From: a virus
DNA: 64,000 nucleotides
IMG/VR virus record: IMGVR_UViG_3300002542_000355
Coordinates: 11,781 to 75,780 of that record
Reading direction: 5' to 3' (one strand)
Shown: one piece after another, positions 9,349-14,575 of the stretch
Numbering within the stretch: the first letter of the stretch is position 1
How the letters are laid out: each line of letters starts with the position of its first letter
The notes under the pieces: generated by a model
The model's input: the letters and a program-made list of their open reading frames with translations, nothing else
Told to the model about the DNA's origin: nothing
Database searches by the model: none
Program-made: the position numbers and the translations under genes

Positions 9349-9426
9349 TTCCCGCGACCGGGACAAGCCCGGTTTCGGCCCGTAGCCAGCGGGCCCAAAG
9401 GCGCCTTCGCGCTCGTCAGGCGGGAA
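9349..9426 (-). ncRNA. type I hammerhead ribozyme 1, with an extra hairpin between core and stem II
   Basis: UUCCCGC CUGACGA [GCGC-GAAG-GCGC CUUUG] GGCCCG-CUGGCUA-CGGGCC GAAAC CGGG-CUUGU-CCCG GUC^ GCGGGAA; predicted cleavage between 9356 and 9355. Confidence 0.85.
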
Positions 9427-9589
9427 TGCGTGTTACAAAAGCAACTGCATATCCGTGTGACTCGACAATCTTTCTTGCTTCCTTTTTTCCGTCCGCCATG
9501 ACTTCGATCATCTTCCCGCAGCGAGTGTATACTTGATGTTTAGCACAACGGAATTTGTATTCGGCTTGTGGTCCAATTCTGTTATACAT
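9416..9589 (-). CDS. hypothetical protein whose stop codon lies in the hammerhead 1 core
   Basis: RBS GGAGGG before ATG at 9589; ends ..TRIPA-TGA. Confidence 0.7.
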   Translation of the reverse strand: MYNRIGPQAEYKFRCAKHQVYTRCGKMIEVMADGKKEARKIVESHGYAVAFVTRIPA

Positions 9590-9647
9590 GGTCAATCCCT
9601 CCAATTCGTAAACGGAAAAACTGATAACTTATGTTCAAGATAAACAT

Positions 9648-9893
9648 TCAAAAACTTGCAATAAAGTCACTAAAAAAATGATGAAATGTGCGAAAAAGTT
9701 CTCCATTTTTGTAAATGTTGTTTTCTACTCTCATGTTTTGCGAAAAACAATAATTGTCATTGAGCATAAGGACATAACTTTCAGCAACGTCTTCCGTCAT
9801 ATTCTCTTTTTGTTCAAGAATGTTGCCGTATCCGTCGTATAATGTGACAGAAACAATTCCGGTATCAATATTTTCGTTAATTTGCATCCACAT
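9648..9893 (-). CDS. hypothetical protein
   Basis: RBS GGGAGG before ATG at 9893 (the ORF track extends to 9950). Confidence 0.65.
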   Translation of the reverse strand: MWMQINENIDTGIVSVTLYDGYGNILEQKENMTEDVAESYVLMLNDNYCFSQNMRVENNIYKNGELFRTFHHFFSDFIASF

Positions 9894-9916
9894 TTGTTTG
9901 TTCCTCCCATATATTT

Positions 9917-10252
9917 TCATTTTACTATGCATGTCAAGCCTTTTTGCCATATATGATCAGAAATGACTTGCAAATTAAGTTTCATTCCTTCGCACCAGTC
10001 ATAAATATTGTCTTGTTCTATCCAAGTGTATGTTATTATCACTTCCCTATTTTCAATGTCTAATTTGTAACTATTGATATATTGTAAATCATAAGGGACC
10101 GAAATGTCATTGACTAGATTTTCAACAAATTCAAGTATCAGCTTTTTGTTACGTCTGATATATTGACTTTGTTTTCCTTCTCCGTCCCAATCGGCGAGAA
10201 GATTTGAAATGATAGGACGAACATTGATGATGATTTTTTTAGTCATAGTCAT
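9917..10252 (-). CDS. hypothetical protein, paralogue A of 8741-9073
   Basis: RBS AAGGAG before ATG at 10252; MTMTKKIIINVRPIIS.. Confidence 0.85.
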   Translation of the reverse strand: MTMTKKIIINVRPIISNLLADWDGEGKQSQYIRRNKKLILEFVENLVNDISVPYDLQYINSYKLDIENREVIITYTWIEQDNIYDWCEGMKLNLQVISDHIWQKGLTCIVK

Positions 10253-10277
10253 GTTATCACTCCTTAATATGTACAAA

Positions 10278-10475
10278 TCAGACGGTATTTCTTCTTCGTT
10301 CTTCCGGTAACTCCGTGAAGGTCAACACGTCTTCGAGTGTTGCGCCGACGGGATCAAAAGTTTCGCCGTCGTCTGTCGTAAACCTGACTACTACGTTACC
10401 TTCAACGGTGTAGTATCCGCTGTAAGTCACGTTGTTAAGACCGACATACTCACCATCGAAGTAACGTTTTGCCAT
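10278..10475 (-). CDS. hypothetical protein
   Basis: RBS GAGGGAG; directly downstream of hammerhead 2. Confidence 0.75.
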   Translation of the reverse strand: MAKRYFDGEYVGLNNVTYSGYYTVEGNVVVRFTTDDGETFDPVGATLEDVLTFTELPEERRRNTV

Positions 10476-10508
10476 TTTTGTTCACTCCCTCATTTGATTT
10501 TGCGGCTT

Positions 10509-10565
10509 CCCGCGACGCCCTTATGGGCGTTTCGACCCGGAGCCACCGGGCCATCGTCAGGCGGG
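10509..10565 (-). ncRNA. type I hammerhead ribozyme 2
   Basis: CCCGC CUGACGA U GGCCCGG-UGGCU-CCGGGUC GAAAC GCCC-AUAA-GGGC GUC^ GCGGG; predicted cleavage between 10514 and 10513. Confidence 0.9.
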
Positions 10566-10853
10566 GTTCCTTCGACGTTCGCGCCGCTCTTGCAGTTTTT
10601 TATACGCCGAAAGAACTTGCGGATACCATTGGTTATTCGGCTCAACGTAAATTCGATCCTTTTCGAAATAATCCGTCATCGTGTCCGTGTTGTTTATTGT
10701 ACGTAGACCCGGAATTTTCGGGAAACTCTCGTAATCCTTCGCGCGAATGATGATCGTTCCTTCCGGCATGTTTCGGGAAGTACACGGCCAGTAATAGGCG
10801 CGATACAGTTTGCCGTCAACCTTTATGCCGTTGTACATGAATTTTACTTGCAT
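10557..10853 (-). CDS. hypothetical protein whose stop codon lies in the hammerhead 2 core
   Basis: RBS AGGAGG; ends ..RRRNPA-TGA. Confidence 0.8.
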   Translation of the reverse strand: MQVKFMYNGIKVDGKLYRAYYWPCTSRNMPEGTIIIRAKDYESFPKIPGLRTINNTDTMTDYFEKDRIYVEPNNQWYPQVLSAYKKLQERRERRRNPA

Positions 10854-10963
10854 TGTTTGTTCCTCCTATGTAATATTTTATTTTTTTGGAGCGTCCAACA
10901 CTCCATAAGGCGCACAACGTGGCTGTTATGCGCCATTTGCAATGTTGGACAATTAAATAAAAT

Positions 10964-11212
10964 CTATTCATGGTTAAAAACTGTTTTTAGAAAATTATTT
11001 TCGATTTTTGTTAGTTTTTCAGTTAAATTTATAACACTGTTATCTTTTTTTAGTTCGTTAATTATATATTTTATTTTTTCATTTATTTCTGCTTCATTCT
11101 TTGCAAATGCTGTTATTGTTGCATTATTTTTTGAGTTATAACCACTTAAACCAATCTTTCCAAAAACATTTTTTTTCTTGATTGTAATATAATCATTTTG
11201 ATAAATAATCAT
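10964..11212 (-). CDS. hypothetical protein
   Basis: RBS AAGGAGG. Confidence 0.7.
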   Translation of the reverse strand: MIIYQNDYITIKKKNVFGKIGLSGYNSKNNATITAFAKNEAEINEKIKYIINELKKDNSVINLTEKLTKIENNFLKTVFNHE

Positions 11213-11234
11213 TTTTGTGCCTCCTTTTTTATTT

Positions 11235-11470
11235 TTATTCCGCTTTTTCTATCCCCTTGCATTATTATTTTTATTCTTCTTAAATAACTTCACTCCACGT
11301 TTTGCCATGTTTAAATAATAACCATTGTTCTAAAGTGTCAAAAAACATATCAAGTTCTTTGTCATAAAAACCTACATTTTTATCATGTTCTAATTTATCC
11401 ATATCTTTTAAAATAATTGTTTTCATTATTATTTCTCCCTTCTTGCAAGGGGACAGAAAAAGCGGAATAA
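11235..11470. repeat. 27-bp inverted repeat (11235-11261 and 11444-11470) flanking a 48-aa ORF
   Basis: ttattccgctttttct(a/g)tccccttgca versus its reverse complement; the single difference is a G-U pair in the minus-strand RNA. Confidence 0.85.
11280..11426 (-). CDS. small hypothetical protein (48 aa), first ORF of the early transcript
   Basis: Not in the ORF track. RBS AAGGGAG; MKTIILKDMDKLEHDKNVGFYDKELDMFF..EVI*. Confidence 0.65.
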   Translation of the reverse strand: MKTIILKDMDKLEHDKNVGFYDKELDMFFDTLEQWLLFKHGKTWSEVI

Positions 11471-11980
11471 TGTGGGGGTTGTGCCGGACTCCTACCGTGC
11501 CTATATGATACGAAATAAGCGTACCCTTTCAAGTCAGATAGCTGACTAGGGGCTTTTTTGACGGTATATCTCGCTCATACAGTCGCCTCCGTGGACTCCC
11601 CAGGTTCCACGAAGTGCTGCCACGCTGTTTCGTGTACGGACAGCCTGTCCACATTTTGACAAGCTGTTGTAACGTGGATCGCCGTTTCCACGCACGCGAA
11701 TAACTCGCGTGTAAATAATATTTTATTTTCAAAGATCAGCCCTTGCGCCGTTCAGCTTGCGCTGTTCAGCGACTTCCCCGGATGCTAGTGCAAGCTATCT
11801 TGCGTTCGCATCCTGCCAAGTAACTATGTAGGGAATTGATTCAGCGTGCTAGACGTTTTCAATGTCTTCCCCTTTGATCGGATTCGTTGCCGTCCGTATC
11901 GCTTGATACGGTATAAGCAGTCCGAGCAGGGAGGGAAAGTGATTGTCGTCGTTGCTGTTGTTCAATTCCTTTTATTGTTT
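11430..11980 (-). ncRNA. long structured 5' leader RNA with boxA-like motifs
   Basis: GC-elevated, hairpin-rich stretch with no credible ORF, between a strong promoter and the first RBS; GAUCUUUGAAAA at 11737-11726 and GACAUUGAAAAC at 11866-11855. Confidence 0.6.
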
Positions 11981-11986
11981 GATTCA

Positions 11987-12015
11987 AATATAGCATGAAA
12001 TCGAAAATAATGCAA
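11987..12015 (-). promoter_or_regulatory. strong sigmaA-type early promoter
   Basis: TTGCAT-17 nt-TATATT with extended -10 TG and an AT-rich upstream region. Confidence 0.75.
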
Positions 12016-12019
12016 TAGG

Positions 12020-12810
12020 TTTTTTTATGTACTATTATATTTTATTTTTAAAATGTTTTTTATTAGTTTGTTGGTGTGTGATAGAATTTATTTATTATGT
12101 TTGTCTGTTGGTGGTATATATATGTTTATGTATGGTGGACATATGTTTATGATGGGTAGACATGTGTTTTTGTGGAGTGGATATGTCTTGCGACTCACGC
12201 GCCATGTTACATATACGATTTTGCCATATATTCCCATTTTCACATTCGGAATGCTTTTGCCATTTATAAATGATATTTACATTTCTTTCCAATCCTTCAT
12301 ACTATTTCTATACAGTCACTATATACTTACTGCTACTCACTTCACCCAATATACTTATACATATATAGGCAGTATTCAGCTATGAGGGGGGATAGTTTAC
12401 ATTCATTTTTACCATTTTTTACCAAAATGTGCCCCTAGCACTTCCATCCCCACACCCTAAAATTTCAATCCACGATTACTCATATTTACCATTTTCTACC
12501 ACATTTTTCCCAAAAAATAATCGTATCACACATCGTAAAAATCCCATTATATCAACAAATTTCATCTCCACCAAATCACCCTAAAACTCCCCATATCACC
12601 ACTATAATATTTCAAAAACCTTGTCACATCAACAAATATACGATTTATCCACTATATCCACAATTATATAACATGCTCGCTACTCCAAATTTTCTTTTAA
12701 TATCAACAATTATTGCTTATTTCATTCTGCAAAAAATCTTTTTTGCGATAACACAAAATCCTACCATCGATCACAATTTTATAATCCCTCTACAAATAAA
12801 AAAACGCCTA
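12020..12810. other. low-complexity, strand-asymmetric non-coding region
   Basis: TG-rich (12050-12200) then G-poor, C/A/T-rich (12390-12810) on the plus strand; no credible RBS-led ORF. Confidence 0.5.
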
Positions 12811-12813
12811 ACA

Positions 12814-13545
12814 TCAGGCGTTTAATCGAGAATTCTTCTTTTTGTTTTCATAGAATTCAATATATTGCTGTTCTGTATTACCACCATAACCATATAAAAT
12901 ATGAAATTCAGTATGACAACCATCGCATAAGGTTACACCGTTAGTGGGATCAGTTCTTCTTTCTATACACCAGTCATAGCCATCTTTATGGTGAGCATGA
13001 AGAATAATACTATCATCAAATTGGTTTGTAATATTGCATATTTTACAGGTATAATTATCATTTTCTAACACGGTTGTTTTCCATTTTTCATATCCACTTT
13101 CATAATTTCTTATTTTTCTTTTCTTTAAATGTAATAAATTATATTTTTGTATTATATAATTTAATAATTCTTTTGGAAATTCAATTTTATCAAACACATT
13201 ATATGGTATATCATAACAAGCTCTATTTTCATAATTAAATTTAATAATTAGAACTGTAGTATATTTTATTTTGTCATTATTAAAATTAATATAATTTTTT
13301 TCTTTAAGATTTATTAATATATTTTTTATTCTATTTTTATTTCTAGTGTCGTCTCCATTAGGTTTCATTACATAAAATTTATTTTTCATTAATTGTGATA
13401 TTGTATCAATATTAATTAAAGTAATATTATCATAAATTATTTTATATCTATACAACAATGAATATAAATATAATTCATTTGAATCTAATTTATATTGTTC
13501 ATCATCCAAAAAAGCTACTACTGGAATAAGTATATTATTGTTCAT
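12814..13545 (-). CDS. winged-helix-like N-terminal domain fused to an HNH endonuclease
   Basis: RBS GGGAGG before ATG at 13545; C-terminal CKIC..LHAHH..NGVTLCDGCH..FH; N-terminus homologous to the adjacent gene. Confidence 0.8.
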   Translation of the reverse strand: MNNNILIPVVAFLDDEQYKLDSNELYLYSLLYRYKIIYDNITLINIDTISQLMKNKFYVMKPNGDDTRNKNRIKNILINLKEKNYINFNNDKIKYTTVLIIKFNYENRACYDIPYNVFDKIEFPKELLNYIIQKYNLLHLKKRKIRNYESGYEKWKTTVLENDNYTCKICNITNQFDDSIILHAHHKDGYDWCIERRTDPTNGVTLCDGCHTEFHILYGYGGNTEQQYIEFYENKKKNSRLNA

Positions 13546-13596
13546 ATTATCCTCCCTTAAAATTAAAATGGAATTTCCTCTTCCCAAGTATTGTTA

Positions 13597-14334
13597 TTAT
13601 TTTTTTTTATTTCCTTTATATCCAAAAGCCAGTTCCCATTCATTATTCACTTCTTTCATATAAAACCTATTCCATTTCTTAATGATTTCCTCACTTGGTC
13701 TAGTATAATATGTATTTTCATATTGCTTTACATCTCCATATTCGTTTTGATAATAATCACCAGAAAACTTCCATATCCTTGGCTTGAATTGATAAGAATT
13801 CATTTTTTCAATTACACTTCTAATTGTGGATTCAGATTTTTTTGCTAGTTTACTCCATTTATAATAAGACAAACTTCTTCCTGTATCTCCAAAGCAATCA
13901 ATATATGCATAAATAAAAAATTCTAATGGATCTTCAAACTGATCAAAAATTGAATAAGTAATATTACTATTATAACCAATAGACGAGTCTACAGATAAAA
14001 ATTCAATTTCAAGTGAATCTGAATTTTTCATTTTTTCATGAATTTCACTAACACCTATTGTTTCAATATATCCTTTATTTTTTAAATTAATTAATAATTG
14101 TTTAATCGTCCTTTTGTTTCTGGATTCATCTCCATTTGCAAATTTGTAACAAAGATTATTAATCATATCAATGCTGGTTCTTGTAATCCAATTATCGGGT
14201 ATTCGATCTCTATATAACCAAGCATATAAGTATAACTCATCAATAGTTAAATGTTTTGATTGATATTTAATAGTATCAATAAAAACACAATTTGGGATAA
14301 TAATATAATTTTCTTCTTTTTTAGCTACAGTCAA
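13597..14334 (-). CDS. putative winged-helix replication initiator / DNA-binding protein
   Basis: RBS GGGGGTG before TTG at 14334; ELYLYAWL..RNKRTIKQLLINLKNKGYI; second HTH-like segment SYYKWSKLAKKSESTIRSVIEKM. Confidence 0.55.
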   Translation of the reverse strand: MTVAKKEENYIIIPNCVFIDTIKYQSKHLTIDELYLYAWLYRDRIPDNWITRTSIDMINNLCYKFANGDESRNKRTIKQLLINLKNKGYIETIGVSEIHEKMKNSDSLEIEFLSVDSSIGYNSNITYSIFDQFEDPLEFFIYAYIDCFGDTGRSLSYYKWSKLAKKSESTIRSVIEKMNSYQFKPRIWKFSGDYYQNEYGDVKQYENTYYTRPSEEIIKKWNRFYMKEVNNEWELAFGYKGNKKK

Positions 14335-14382
14335 ATAATCACCCCCTTGGATGAAATTATTTTGTCGCATTATTCTTTTTAA

Positions 14383-14523
14383 TAGTTTATTCTTTGTATA
14401 GTTTATTCTTTTTATTACTTGTTGCTCAGAGCAGAAATTTCTGCAAAATAGAAATGACGATTTGCAGATATTTCTGCAAAATATAAAGTCGGCACTTTAT
14501 TTAGCAGAAATATCTGCAAAATA
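14383..14523. repeat. iteron-like repeats, candidate replication origin
   Basis: Three palindromic GCAGA-W4-TCTGC+AAAATA units at 14431, 14464 and 14504, plus AAAGAATAAACTA-type direct repeats at 14383-14418. Confidence 0.6.
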
Positions 14524-14539
14524 GATGGGCACATTATTG

Positions 14540-14568
14540 ATGATAATTTGTTTAAATTATAAAGTCAA
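14540..14568 (-). promoter_or_regulatory. sigmaA-type promoter reading through the repeats into the wHTH genes
   Basis: TTGACT-17 nt-TATCAT. Confidence 0.6.
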
Positions 14569-14575
14569 TATGTAT

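Noticed and set aside
9192-9398. Minus-strand 68-aa ORF overlapping hammerhead 1, and plus-strand ORFs 8931-9536 and 10469-10750
   Set aside because: Shadow ORFs of GC-rich sequence with no RBS; they overlap better-supported genes and ribozymes.
11440-11520. Possible twister, twister-sister or HDV-like ribozyme at the leader 3' end
   Set aside because: The required helices and conserved nucleotides could not be assembled by eye; a covariance-model search is needed.
11529-11732. 67-aa ORF inside the structured leader
   Set aside because: No RBS, and it runs through dense hairpins; better explained as non-coding RNA.
12053-12385. ORFs 12053-12385 (+) and 12095-12292 (-)
   Set aside because: Low-complexity translations (Met/Tyr/His repeats) of a skewed non-coding tract.
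14431-14523. CRISPR-like mini-array
   Set aside because: Only three 20-nt units with 13- and 20-nt gaps and no cas genes; it fits protein-binding iterons better.
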